This document shows, piece by piece, positions 52,913 through 61,816 of a stretch of 64,000 nt of DNA (position 1 is its first letter; each line of letters starts with the position of its first letter). Made by a program: the position numbers and the translations under genes. Source of the stretch: an uncultured virus (IMG/VR IMGVR_UViG_3300034061_005656) (lineage: Duplodnaviria > Heunggongvirae > Uroviricota > Caudoviricetes); IMG/VR virus record IMGVR_UViG_3300034061_005656, one strand, 5' to 3'. The notes beneath the pieces were generated by a model, which saw only the letters and a program-made list of their open reading frames with translations, made no database searches and was not told the DNA's origin.

Positions 52913-52920
52913 AAACTCGC

Positions 52921-53164
52921 AAAACTAAAGTTGTTATAATGACAACATAACCTACCACAAAGGACAACCTACAAAATGACAAACAAACAAAAAAACTCAT
53001 CATCTTTTGGATTCTCGGTGCATCTCGAGTTTAGAAAAGTTACTGGCTCAGTGACGCGGGTTCGGAGACTTCGTCTCGTGCGCTTTAGCTCACTCAGGTT
53101 GCCAAGACTGCGCGGCTCCAATGCTGCTACCAGTCTTGTGTAGCAAGAATCTAAAACTAAAGTT
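52921..53164 (+). repeat. Cassette A copy 1 (identical to 60468-60711)
   Basis: Base-by-base identity from repeat to repeat; carries a 55-aa ORF 52976..53143. Confidence 0.92.
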
Positions 53165-53207
53165 TGTATAATAGCTACTACCAACCTATAAAAGGACAAC
53201 CTACAAA

Positions 53208-53702
53208 ATGACAACCACAAATTCTTCAACCACAATCGCCGGCAATGCGATTTACCTCGAGCTTGCTAAGCCAAACATAACAACTCAGATGCTTATCATG
53301 CCGGAAGGCACATCGTCTTCTCACAAGACAGTACCAATGACAGTCTATCGTCGCCGAATTACAGCACATGCTCCTCGTAGGACATGGAAAGCTGTAAGTG
53401 CGCCGACCACTGCTCGTCACCTTATTTCTTCAGCTCTTGACACAGAGCCAGCAGTCGCAATAAATGCAGTGCTTACTCCACTTCATCCGCTGTTTCGCTC
53501 AGTCGCGGCTAACGAGTACGTTCTCTGTAGACAACCAATCTACGTAGAAGTCACTCCTGAAGACTTGGAGCTGTGCATTACTGCAAAGACTCCATACAAA
53601 GTTCTCGGAAGAGTGATGAAAGTTCGCAAGTCTCTTGGATTCCCCAAAGAGATTATCCACGAACTATTGCCGCCAACTCCAGCCGCAACTTCAACTTTCT
53701 AA
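53208..53702 (+). CDS. Cassette gene, hypothetical
   Basis: AAAGGAC SD; stop codon inside the next repeat. Confidence 0.7.
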   Translation: MTTTNSSTTIAGNAIYLELAKPNITTQMLIMPEGTSSSHKTVPMTVYRRRITAHAPRRTWKAVSAPTTARHLISSALDTEPAVAINAVLTPLHPLFRSVAANEYVLCRQPIYVEVTPEDLELCITAKTPYKVLGRVMKVRKSLGFPKEIIHELLPPTPAATSTF

Positions 53703-53749
53703 AGTTGTTATAATAATTCCACAACCTACTATAAAAGGACACAAACACA

Positions 53750-54754
53750 ATGTTAGTTAACCAACCTCTCTCCGCTGAAGCAGAAAAGATTCACGCAGGG
53801 CTATCGTCAGTTCTTGCTGACTTCGCTGCTCAATCATTTAGCTCTGAAGCTGCAGATAGAATGAACGCGTTAGTCAGCGATAGCGGGCGCGCAACAGTTC
53901 GTAAAGCAGCAGAAAAGAAAAAGATTGCAATGGTAGAAACAGAAGCTCTTACTGGTGAATCACAATACTCTCGGCCAAATGGCGAAAAGTATTACTCGCG
54001 TGCATGGGGCGAGCACAACGATGTGCAAGTACTTCTCAATGCTCGAAGCATCAATGCGTATGTACTTCTGTACGGTGCGCCTGGCTGCGGAAAGACTGCA
54101 GCTATAGAAGCTGCGTTCGCCGATCAGCCCGGTGGCTTGTACACAGTGCTTGGCTCTGGAGATACTGAAGTATCCGACCTCGTTGGTGGGTACGTCCAGA
54201 CACCCAGTGGTGGATTCCTCTGGGAGGATGGACCTCTTGTCAAGGCAGCTGAAAAAGGCGGAGTGCTTCTCATTGACGAAGTCGGTCTCATCGATCCCAA
54301 GGTTCTGTCAATCGTGTACGGCCTCATGGATGGTCGCCGTGAGTACACAGTCACAGCGAACCCAGAACGCGGAACTGTCAAAGCAGCAGATGGGTTCTAC
54401 GTTATTGCGGCAACGAACCCGAACGCGCCAGGAGTACGCTTATCTGAAGCGTTGCTTTCTCGCTTTGCGATTCACGCTGAAATGACTACAGACTGGGCGC
54501 TGGCTCGCAAGCTTGGCTGCCCAGTCCCTGTTGTTACTGCAGCGCAGAATCTCAGCAAGAAGCAGCAATCTGCAGAAGTGTCCTGGGCGCCACAAATGCG
54601 TGAGCTTCTCGCATTCCGAGATCTTTCCAAGACGTTCGGCACAAAGTTTGCAATCGCAAACCTGCTGGCTGCTGCTCCAGAAATTGATCGGCCGGTCGTG
54701 GCAGATGTCTTCACCCGAGTCTTCGGTGAGGAATGCCGCCCAGCAAAGATCTAA
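53750..54754 (+). CDS. MoxR/CbbQ/NirQ-type AAA+ ATPase
   Basis: Walker A 'GAPGCGKT', 'WEDGPLVKA', Walker B 'LLIDE', 'AATNP', 'LSEALLSRF'. Confidence 0.9.
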   Translation: MLVNQPLSAEAEKIHAGLSSVLADFAAQSFSSEAADRMNALVSDSGRATVRKAAEKKKIAMVETEALTGESQYSRPNGEKYYSRAWGEHNDVQVLLNARSINAYVLLYGAPGCGKTAAIEAAFADQPGGLYTVLGSGDTEVSDLVGGYVQTPSGGFLWEDGPLVKAAEKGGVLLIDEVGLIDPKVLSIVYGLMDGRREYTVTANPERGTVKAADGFYVIAATNPNAPGVRLSEALLSRFAIHAEMTTDWALARKLGCPVPVVTAAQNLSKKQQSAEVSWAPQMRELLAFRDLSKTFGTKFAIANLLAAAPEIDRPVVADVFTRVFGEECRPAKI

Positions 54755-54760
54755 TGGTCT

Positions 54761-54802
54761 GCTCGGGGGTCAGCCTTGTAGGTTGGGCTGGCCCCTTTGA
54801 GC
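54761..54802 (+). terminator. Hairpin whose loop TTGTAGGTTG is the reverse complement of the leader motif CAACCTACAA
   Basis: ggggtcagcc-TTGTAGGTTG-ggctggcccc. Confidence 0.75.
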
Positions 54803-54854
54803 GAAAACTAAAGTTTATATAATGAACCTATACCCACATGAAAGGACAAACGAC

Positions 54855-56660
54855 ATGGGACACATCAAATACAAAAGCGAAACTCGCGCCGAAGCCACAG
54901 ACCCAAGGTGGTATGGAGTTGGCTCGCAGATTGGGCAACTCGTCAACCTGCTCAGCGATCGCTCAGATCTTATTGCGTACGTCGGCCCAGGTGCCGGCGG
55001 TGCAGCACCAGCGTGCTACACTCCTGCTACAGCAGAAGTTGAAATCAACGTTGACGTCGCTTTCGGCAAGAACGTCAACCCAGTAGATATTGGCGACATC
55101 CGCGAGCGTGACACTCAGTTTATGTGGCCAAAAGCAACTGGAGCTATTTTCCATGAAGCACTTCATGCTCGCTACTCTACGTGGAACATTGCAAAAGCTG
55201 CAGATGAACTCGAGCAAGACGAATTCATGGCTTTGATTCTTCTTGAGGAAGGACGCATTGAAGCGTTCGGCGTTGGTCAGTTCCCAGAAAATTCTGGGTT
55301 TCTTCGCGCTGCTGCTCTCGAGATTGTGCTCGCAGATCTTTCAGAAGAATTTCTGACAGAGTCAGACACACAAATGGCAGCTCGTCTTGCGGCACTTACG
55401 CTTGCTCGAGTGGATGCCGGCAGTCTTGAAGACAGCGACTGCGCTTCTCTCGCTGAAACAGTCGAGAACAAGCTCGGTACAGAAAGACTAGAAGCGCTTC
55501 GTCAGATTTGGCTTGCGGTGCAAATGCACAGCAATCACTATGATGTTTCAGCTCTGTACCCACTTGCTCGCGAATGGGCGCGCATTGTAAAAGATGCAGC
55601 AGAAGAGAATGGCGATGCACAGCAAGGCGAAGGCGAGCCCGGTGGCATGTCAACACCTGGTGGCTCATCAGGCGGCCCAAGCGAGTTCATGAAAGACTTG
55701 CTTGACGCTCTTGAAGAAGCAGCAGGCAACGCAGTGATTGGAGCGTTCGACCAACTTAGCGAGCAGCAAGAAATTGAACAGTGGACTAAGGAAGCGAAAG
55801 ATCGTGCAAGCGAAGCAAGACAAGAACAAGAGCACAAAGAAGTAGCAAGCGACGTTTTTGGCAAAGGCACTGGGCCAATGCCTGAAACTGACACACGCTC
55901 TACTAAAATTGTTTCTCGAGATGCAACGCCGGCTGAACGATCTGCAGCAGTCAAGATCGCGCAGATGCTCGACAAAGCAAAGTATCGCGAGCGCGACGAA
56001 ATTGACATCAAGTCAGTTTTGCCGCCGGGACGCTTACGCACTCGTGCAGTCATGCAAGGCGCAGCTCTCAAGTCAAAAGGTGTTATGACCCAGACAGAGC
56101 CGTGGCGTCGCACAGTGCGCAAGCACACTGACGACCCAACGCTCAGCATTGGCGTCATGGTGGACATTAGCGGATCAATGGGCGAAGCGATGGAGCCAAT
56201 GGCAACGACAGCGTGGGTCATGAGCGAAGCGGTGCGACGCATTCAAGGGCGTGCCGCAATGGTGTACTACGGTCAAGATGTTTTCCCAACATTGAAGCCT
56301 GGTCAGCACTTGACGCAAGTCGATGTCTACACAGCGCCTGACGGAACTGAAAAGTTCAACAAGGCGTTCATGGCGCTTAACGGTGGCATGAATCTGCTGC
56401 ACGGCAGCGGTGCACGGTTGCTTGTCGTCGTGAGCGACGGGTGCTACACAAGCGCCGAACGAATTGCGGCGAAGCGATGGGTTGCTGAATGCTCGCGCAA
56501 CGGCGTCGGTGTGCTATGGCTTACCTTTGACAACGGGTCGGATGTCAAGTCAATTACGAACGGCACCAATGCGGTTGTGTTGACGGGTCTGTCCAGTCCA
56601 GAGCTTGTAGCAATGGAGATCGGTTCGTCGGCCGCACGGGCGCTCTCAGTCGCTCAATAA
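54855..56660 (+). CDS. VWA-domain protein (CobT-like partner of the AAA ATPase) with N-terminal HExxH motif
   Basis: 'FHEALH', 'LEEGRIE', MIDAS 'DISGSM', 'VVSDG'; GAAAGGAC SD before ATG 54855. Confidence 0.85.
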   Translation: MGHIKYKSETRAEATDPRWYGVGSQIGQLVNLLSDRSDLIAYVGPGAGGAAPACYTPATAEVEINVDVAFGKNVNPVDIGDIRERDTQFMWPKATGAIFHEALHARYSTWNIAKAADELEQDEFMALILLEEGRIEAFGVGQFPENSGFLRAAALEIVLADLSEEFLTESDTQMAARLAALTLARVDAGSLEDSDCASLAETVENKLGTERLEALRQIWLAVQMHSNHYDVSALYPLAREWARIVKDAAEENGDAQQGEGEPGGMSTPGGSSGGPSEFMKDLLDALEEAAGNAVIGAFDQLSEQQEIEQWTKEAKDRASEARQEQEHKEVASDVFGKGTGPMPETDTRSTKIVSRDATPAERSAAVKIAQMLDKAKYRERDEIDIKSVLPPGRLRTRAVMQGAALKSKGVMTQTEPWRRTVRKHTDDPTLSIGVMVDISGSMGEAMEPMATTAWVMSEAVRRIQGRAAMVYYGQDVFPTLKPGQHLTQVDVYTAPDGTEKFNKAFMALNGGMNLLHGSGARLLVVVSDGCYTSAERIAAKRWVAECSRNGVGVLWLTFDNGSDVKSITNGTNAVVLTGLSSPELVAMEIGSSAARALSVAQ

Positions 56661-56664
56661 AATC

Positions 56665-56713
56665 TTACTCCCGGGACAGCGTGTTACTTGTCCTTTCCGC
56701 GTCCCGGGAGTAA
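56665..56713 (+). terminator. 13-bp perfect hairpin whose loop contains ACTTGTCCTTTC, the reverse complement of the cassette SD GAAAGGACAA(GT)
   Basis: ttactcccgggac-a-gcg-TGTTACTTGTCCTTTC-cgc-gtcccgggagtaa. Confidence 0.8.
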
Positions 56714-56865
56714 CCTTCTCAAAGACTTCAGGCCTGCCCTAGGAGTACGTATGCAGACGGACATGCTTTTCAGCGTCAGGCCTGCCATAGGGCCAGACAT
56801 GCAGACGGGCACGCTTTCTAAAGATTGTATAATAGAATTACAACCACAAACACAGGGGAGACACG

Positions 56866-57081
56866 ATGGCAGCAAGACCAACGATCGACGATGCAGTAAA
56901 CGCGCTACAGCAGATCGCAGAACTCGTACTTGAGCTCGGAATCGACGAAGTAGCGAAGCAGGCGAATCTAAAACCAAGACAAGTTCGCAAGTTCGTGAAC
57001 GATGTGCTCACGTCTAAAAACTCTGAGATTCGACTAATCTCAGCAGCAGTCGCTTCTATGAAGGAGCTGAACAAAAACTAA
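56866..57081 (+). CDS. Small HTH (XRE-like) protein
   Basis: 'GIDEVAKQANLKPRQVRKF'; GGGGAG SD; stop codon inside the next repeat. Confidence 0.6.
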   Translation: MAARPTIDDAVNALQQIAELVLELGIDEVAKQANLKPRQVRKFVNDVLTSKNSEIRLISAAVASMKELNKN

Positions 57082-57125
57082 AATTGTTATAATAGTCTCA
57101 GCAGCCCATGACGAAAGGACACATA

Positions 57126-57296
57126 ATGGACAAGCCAAACATCACATCCACCTATATTCATCACGCAGATTTTGATGAGCCAGTTCCCTTGAATTACAGA
57201 GACCCGATCCATTACGCGATCAGCGTGCTCTGCCTTGAAGGCAAGGCTCCAGAGTTCAAGATTCTGGTGGGCCCCCAAGTCGTGCTCCCGCGCTAA
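57126..57296 (+). CDS. Cassette gene, hypothetical
   Basis: GAAAGGAC SD; hairpin over the stop. Confidence 0.6.
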   Translation: MDKPNITSTYIHHADFDEPVPLNYRDPIHYAISVLCLEGKAPEFKILVGPQVVLPR

Positions 57297-57330
57297 GCGG
57301 GGCACAGCCCAAAACTAAAATTGTTATAAT

Positions 57331-57431
57331 GATCTCACCAGCCAGCCACAAGGGCAGGCCCTAATAAATAGCCGTGAGAGGGCGCTCGGCGGACCTGACC
57401 TAAGGTCCAAACAAAATGCCCAATGGAATCA
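57331..57431 (+). ncRNA. ORF-less cassette: candidate structured small RNA
   Basis: Flanked by two repeats, no SD or ORF above 10 codons; stems gggca/tgccc, gccg/cggc, gag/ctc, ggacc/ggtcc. Confidence 0.5.
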
Positions 57432-57832
57432 AAAACTAAAGATGTTATAATGAATTTATCAGCCACGATGGCTGGTAACGACGAAAGGACAAGTCAACAT
57501 GAACAAGAAATGGTCACTCCTCAAGAGCAGCGACATCGGCCCAATGGGACGCGGTCAGAATGGCAAGAAAAAGGTGTACGAAGTCACCCTTGATGGCCAA
57601 ACAGTCACCTTCGAATGGGGTATGGCTGAGATGACCCGCCGTCAGCGCCAGGTTCGCACCTTCAGCACCTCACAGGCCGCCATCAACGCGGCTTACGAAA
57701 AAGTGGGCGCAAAGCTGGATCGCGGATACTCGGTCGCCTACGCGGTCTAAGCGGTCAAGGAGCCGGGCCGGCGAGAGCCGGACCCGGCCCCGCCACTCCG
57801 CAAAACTAAAGATGTTATAATGATCTTGTACG
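57425..57832 (+). repeat. Cassette B copy 1 (identical to 60948-61355)
   Basis: 408 bp identical, spanning two repeats. Confidence 0.92.
57499..57750 (+). CDS. WGR-domain-like protein, copy 1
   Basis: 'KVYEV.LDG..V..EWG......Q..TFST.QAA..A...K..KLDRGY'. Confidence 0.7.
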   Translation: MNKKWSLLKSSDIGPMGRGQNGKKKVYEVTLDGQTVTFEWGMAEMTRRQRQVRTFSTSQAAINAAYEKVGAKLDRGYSVAYAV

Positions 57833-57851
57833 CATGACGAAAGGACAAAAT

Positions 57852-58133
57852 ATGCACACTACAGAAACACACGCCGTGGAGTTCTTGGTAACAGATTCAA
57901 TCTGCTACGAAGTAATTCGCCAAACAAACAAAACAATCTCACTGAGAAAATGTTTAAGCGGTGAAAAGGTCAGCGGAGAGTGGCCAGTGGTCTACTCAGC
58001 AGCGGTGAGCAACCCAGAAGGAGAAACCATTACATTGCGACTTCGCAAGGATGGGACCTTCCGCAGAGCAAACTGGGCGAATCCAATGCGCTTCACAAGC
58101 CAGCCAGCCTTCCGCACTGACTACGCCTTCTAA
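57852..58133 (+). CDS. Cassette gene, hypothetical
   Basis: GAAAGGAC SD; hairpin over the stop. Confidence 0.65.
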   Translation: MHTTETHAVEFLVTDSICYEVIRQTNKTISLRKCLSGEKVSGEWPVVYSAAVSNPEGETITLRLRKDGTFRRANWANPMRFTSQPAFRTDYAF

Positions 58134-58224
58134 GGCGTAGCCGGTGGCGGCCGGCGGTGCCGGCAGGAAAACTAAAATTGTTATAATGATTCCATGCCCA
58201 CAAGGGCGAAACGAAAGGACAAAA

Positions 58225-58530
58225 ATGAAGAACGTAACGACTACATGGAAAGCTTTCGGAAAGCCAACGTACTCGGTCATCATGATTGAAAACGACATGA
58301 CAGACCTCGAGATCTGCGAAGAGCTTTTCAAAGCGACCAACATCTACTCTGGCTGGCTGTGGGACGCACTCCAGTACGACATCCCTGCGGATCGCACGCA
58401 CACAGCGTTGTCTGTTGGCGATGAGATCAGCGTCGATGGCACGGTGTATCGCTGCGCCCCAGTCGGCTGGGAAGTTGTCGCAAAGTACGAAGTTGACAAC
58501 TTCGCTCTGTCGGAGAAAGACTTCCGATAG
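58225..58530 (+). CDS. Cassette gene, hypothetical ('ALSVGDEISVDG..YRC...GW')
   Basis: GAAAGGAC SD. Confidence 0.7.
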   Translation: MKNVTTTWKAFGKPTYSVIMIENDMTDLEICEELFKATNIYSGWLWDALQYDIPADRTHTALSVGDEISVDGTVYRCAPVGWEVVAKYEVDNFALSEKDFR

Positions 58531-58572
58531 AAACTAAAGTTGTTATAATAGTAAGTAACGAAAGGACAAAAA

Positions 58573-58821
58573 ATGAAAACAATTGAAGAAATGACAGTCG
58601 AAATGGAGCCGCGGCTCAATCGCGGTGGAATAAAAGTTCTCACTGTGAAAGCTCTCCTAGAAATTCTTATGGAGTGTGACCCAGAAGATGACGTGGTGAT
58701 CGGTGCTCACGCGGTTGGACTCGAGTGGCTAAATGTCTCCTCGGTGACTCTCCCTGATGGAGATGAGTACATCGCTCTCACTCTCAATGTCGAAGACACT
58801 TTCGACCACTGCCAATTCTAA
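58573..58821 (+). CDS. Cassette gene, acidic hypothetical
   Basis: GAAAGGAC SD. Confidence 0.65.
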   Translation: MKTIEEMTVEMEPRLNRGGIKVLTVKALLEILMECDPEDDVVIGAHAVGLEWLNVSSVTLPDGDEYIALTLNVEDTFDHCQF

Positions 58822-58873
58822 AAACTAAAATTGTTATAATAATCTTATCAACCTACAACAAAGGACACAAACA

Positions 58874-59107
58874 ATGAACTCAACAATCCACATCCCAGGA
58901 CGACTCACTGCAAAAATTAGCAATGGAAGAATTATTGGATATGTCTTTGATATTGCGGCAAATGACGCCGGATACTTTGGAGACGCTTTCAATCTTATTG
59001 AAGGTGACGAAATGACAGCAAATGAGTTCTCAGACTTAGTTACGGGTTCACTCATGTTTACTCAAGATCGCAAGTCCGCGTTCTTCTCGGTTGAGCTGGG
59101 CGCATAG
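58874..59107 (+). CDS. Cassette gene, hypothetical
   Basis: CAACCTACAA + AAAGGAC leader. Confidence 0.65.
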   Translation: MNSTIHIPGRLTAKISNGRIIGYVFDIAANDAGYFGDAFNLIEGDEMTANEFSDLVTGSLMFTQDRKSAFFSVELGA

Positions 59108-59165
59108 CTTCTAAAAACTAAAATTGTTATAATAATCTTACCAACCTACAACAAAGGACAACCCA

Positions 59166-59348
59166 ATGACACCTACAAAAGAACACAAGGCAATCGTGAA
59201 TGACATCATCGCATTCGCGAGCGACTTCCCACGCGAGATTGTGGATGAGGTAATTTCAGACTACATCCAGATGCTCAAGGACGCCGATGGGCTGAGCAAC
59301 CTCGATGTGGACGTCATCATCAGCATGCTCTGGGCGCGCGGATACTAA
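59166..59348 (+). CDS. Cassette gene, hypothetical (paralog of 61368..61547)
   Basis: CAACCTACAA + AAAGGAC leader. Confidence 0.65.
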   Translation: MTPTKEHKAIVNDIIAFASDFPREIVDEVISDYIQMLKDADGLSNLDVDVIISMLWARGY

Positions 59349-59393
59349 ACTAAAGTTGTTATAATAACATTGTCAATTACGAAAGGACACACA

Positions 59394-59795
59394 ATGACAG
59401 TAGATAGAGAGACGCTTCGCGCAATCGCGGACGAACTGACGCCCATCATCGAGGCAACGCTAAAACGACATGGTCTTGACACTCCCAAAATGCAGTGGAA
59501 GTATGGCGCAATGCTCGAGCTCAAGGCGACTGCGGCCGCGTTGAGCGAAGGCCCCAATGGAATCAACCTCGGCTCAAGAGAAGCTCAGTACTACACTCGC
59601 TTCGGCTTTCCCGGTCTTGACGCAAAACTTGGTACAGTGTTTAGCGTCAAAGGTGAAGAGTTTGCGTTCGCGGGAATTGCTGCATCACGCAGGAAGTACC
59701 CAATTTACGCTAAAAACATTGAAACCGGAGCTTACATTTTCTACACGGAAATGGTGATTCCTACAATCAACGCTGCCGCAAAAGCGGCAGTGTAA
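59394..59795 (+). CDS. Cassette gene, hypothetical ('RRKYPI')
   Basis: GAAAGGAC SD. Confidence 0.7.
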   Translation: MTVDRETLRAIADELTPIIEATLKRHGLDTPKMQWKYGAMLELKATAAALSEGPNGINLGSREAQYYTRFGFPGLDAKLGTVFSVKGEEFAFAGIAASRRKYPIYAKNIETGAYIFYTEMVIPTINAAAKAAV

Positions 59796-59804
59796 GGAGC
59801 GGTC

Positions 59805-60020
59805 ATGGGAAATGAAAAAACAATTGACACTTGCTGCGATTTAGTGCAAGATGACCAAGTTGAGTACGCGGTTGACTCGCTCGGTGAAATAGCGAAAATC
59901 CTCAGCCTGGCTGAGAACGCAGACAGCGTGACGGACATGCGTGGGCTCATTGCGGTAGCAATATTCAAGTCAAGCGAAGCCCGGTCACGGATCAAAAAGA
60001 TGAGCGAAATGCGTTTCTAA
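59805..60020 (+). CDS. Hypothetical protein
   Basis: AAGGAG SD, co-transcribed. Confidence 0.6.
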   Translation: MGNEKTIDTCCDLVQDDQVEYAVDSLGEIAKILSLAENADSVTDMRGLIAVAIFKSSEARSRIKKMSEMRF

Positions 60021-60259
60021 TGAGTCTTGCACACGGATCGAAGAAAGAGTCTCTCGCGAAGACCGCAACCTGGTATCTAAGCGATTTGTTGCTGACGGGC
60101 GTCATAGCGTTCGCTGTAACTCGAGACGTTTCAACTTCTTTGATAATTGCCGGCTTGCAGCAGACGTGGGAAGTTTTGCTCTATTACTTTCACGAAAGAG
60201 TCTGGGTCAAACTTCAGGCCCGCCGTGGGGCAGAAAATGCAGACGGGTCGGCTTTTTAG
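60020..60259 (+). CDS. DUF2061-like small membrane protein
   Basis: 'SLAKTATW...LYYFHERVW'. Confidence 0.7.
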   Translation: MSLAHGSKKESLAKTATWYLSDLLLTGVIAFAVTRDVSTSLIIAGLQQTWEVLLYYFHERVWVKLQARRGAENADGSAF

Positions 60260-60467
60260 CTTCAGGCCTGCCATAGGCCTGCAAGTGCAGACGGGTGCCA
60301 CTTTCATCCACTGAGGTTCTGAGCATGTTCAGAACCTGAAGTAGGCAGTAAATACCACAAAAGCCTCTTACAAGCTCCTGAGGTCTCAAAAAGCCGGTTT
60401 TTTGTCTAAAAACTAAAATTTATATAATGACGACATGACAAACGACATGACATGCCCAAAGGAACTG

Positions 60468-60711
60468 AAAACTAAAGTTGTTATAATGACAACATAACCT
60501 ACCACAAAGGACAACCTACAAAATGACAAACAAACAAAAAAACTCATCATCTTTTGGATTCTCGGTGCATCTCGAGTTTAGAAAAGTTACTGGCTCAGTG
60601 ACGCGGGTTCGGAGACTTCGTCTCGTGCGCTTTAGCTCACTCAGGTTGCCAAGACTGCGCGGCTCCAATGCTGCTACCAGTCTTGTGTAGCAAGAATCTA
60701 AAACTAAAGTT
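60468..60711 (+). repeat. Cassette A copy 2
   Basis: Identical to 52921-53164. Confidence 0.92.
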
Positions 60712-60761
60712 GTTATAATGTATTTATCAGCGACCCGCTGGTACCGACGAAAGGACAAAAC

Positions 60762-60926
60762 ATGCTCGGTGGAAAGCCATCAACACGACTTCACGAGGTC
60801 ATCGACACATCGTACCAATACACGATGATTGTTCACACAGGCTCAAAGAGCGCCTGTAACGCCTACTGGCTGAATCAGCCGGCCAAAAAGCGTCAAGACC
60901 TCGAGGTTCGAGTCGCCAAGCGCTAA
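60762..60926 (+). CDS. Cassette gene, 54 aa
   Basis: GAAAGGAC SD; MLGGKPSTRLHEVID...VRVAKR*. Confidence 0.6.
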   Translation: MLGGKPSTRLHEVIDTSYQYTMIVHTGSKSACNAYWLNQPAKKRQDLEVRVAKR

Positions 60927-60947
60927 CGCGCTTGGGGCTCCGGCCCC

Positions 60948-61355
60948 GGAATCAAAAACTAAAGATGTTATAATGAATTTATCAGCCACGATGGCTGGTA
61001 ACGACGAAAGGACAAGTCAACATGAACAAGAAATGGTCACTCCTCAAGAGCAGCGACATCGGCCCAATGGGACGCGGTCAGAATGGCAAGAAAAAGGTGT
61101 ACGAAGTCACCCTTGATGGCCAAACAGTCACCTTCGAATGGGGTATGGCTGAGATGACCCGCCGTCAGCGCCAGGTTCGCACCTTCAGCACCTCACAGGC
61201 CGCCATCAACGCGGCTTACGAAAAAGTGGGCGCAAAGCTGGATCGCGGATACTCGGTCGCCTACGCGGTCTAAGCGGTCAAGGAGCCGGGCCGGCGAGAG
61301 CCGGACCCGGCCCCGCCACTCCGCAAAACTAAAGATGTTATAATGATCTTGTACG
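60948..61355 (+). repeat. Cassette B copy 2
   Basis: Identical to 57425-57832. Confidence 0.92.
61022..61273 (+). CDS. WGR-domain-like protein, copy 2
   Basis: Identical to 57499..57750. Confidence 0.7.
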   Translation: MNKKWSLLKSSDIGPMGRGQNGKKKVYEVTLDGQTVTFEWGMAEMTRRQRQVRTFSTSQAAINAAYEKVGAKLDRGYSVAYAV

Positions 61356-61367
61356 GAAGGACACGAA

Positions 61368-61547
61368 ATGAAAACACAGAAGCAAATACAGCAGATCGCC
61401 AAGGACATCTTCGCGGACGCGAGTGAATACCCAGCGGACGTGCGGGACGAGGTTCTCGACGAGCTAATCAACATCTGGCTCCTCGATGAGGACCTCAGTG
61501 CCGGCGAGAAAAGCCAACTGATCATTGCGGTGTCGGCCCGCCGCTAG
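61368..61547 (+). CDS. Cassette gene, 59 aa (paralog of 59166..59348)
   Basis: AAGGAC SD; MKTQKQIQQIAKDIFADASEYPADVRDEVLDELI... Confidence 0.6.
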   Translation: MKTQKQIQQIAKDIFADASEYPADVRDEVLDELINIWLLDEDLSAGEKSQLIIAVSARR

Positions 61548-61594
61548 CGTGCCAGCACCTCGGTGCTGAAAACTAAAATTGTTATAATGTACTC

Positions 61595-61753
61595 ATGGCG
61601 AGTAACAAGAAATCAAAAACAGTGGTGAAGTGGTCAGACGAAGACCATCAAGCTTTTGCGGATCGTAACATCCTCCGCGCTCAGACGATTCCAAATAAAA
61701 AAAGAATCGCGAGTCGCAAGGCGTGTCGCGGTCGAGCGCGAGGAGAGTGGTAG
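61595..61753 (+). CDS. Cassette gene, leaderless basic 52-aa protein
   Basis: MASNKKSKTVVKWSDEDHQAFADRNILRAQTIPNKKRIASRKACRGRARGEW*; paralog at 63883. Confidence 0.7.
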   Translation: MASNKKSKTVVKWSDEDHQAFADRNILRAQTIPNKKRIASRKACRGRARGEW

Positions 61754-61816
61754 TCGCGGTGCCGGCTTGAATGTGCGGCGTAGCCTGCAGAAAACTAAAG
61801 TTGTTATAATGTATTT

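Larger units (their letters stand above)
48254..60295 (+). repeat. Dispersed bipartite motif CAGGCC(T/C)GC-N15..18-GCAGACGG
   Basis: Copies start at 48254, 48351, 49053, 49186, 49220 (partial), 56729, 56777, 60215, 60263; extra GCAGACGG half-sites at 47970, 48094, 48213, 48441. Confidence 0.85.

Noticed and set aside
55538..56242. 234-aa minus-strand ORF and other minus ORFs in the array containing 'IIITTLV'
   Set aside because: Antisense shadows; the recurring peptide is just the reverse-translated repeat.
53750..56660. Cobalamin biosynthesis (cobS/cobT) auxiliary genes
   Set aside because: AAA/VWA pairs in phages are often labelled this way, but no cobN or other cob genes are present; a generic MoxR-VWA call is safer.
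57331..57431. Assignment to a known ribozyme (hammerhead, twister, pistol)
   Set aside because: No CUGANGA/GAAA core and the stem order does not match twister or pistol consensus as I recall them; left as an unclassified candidate.
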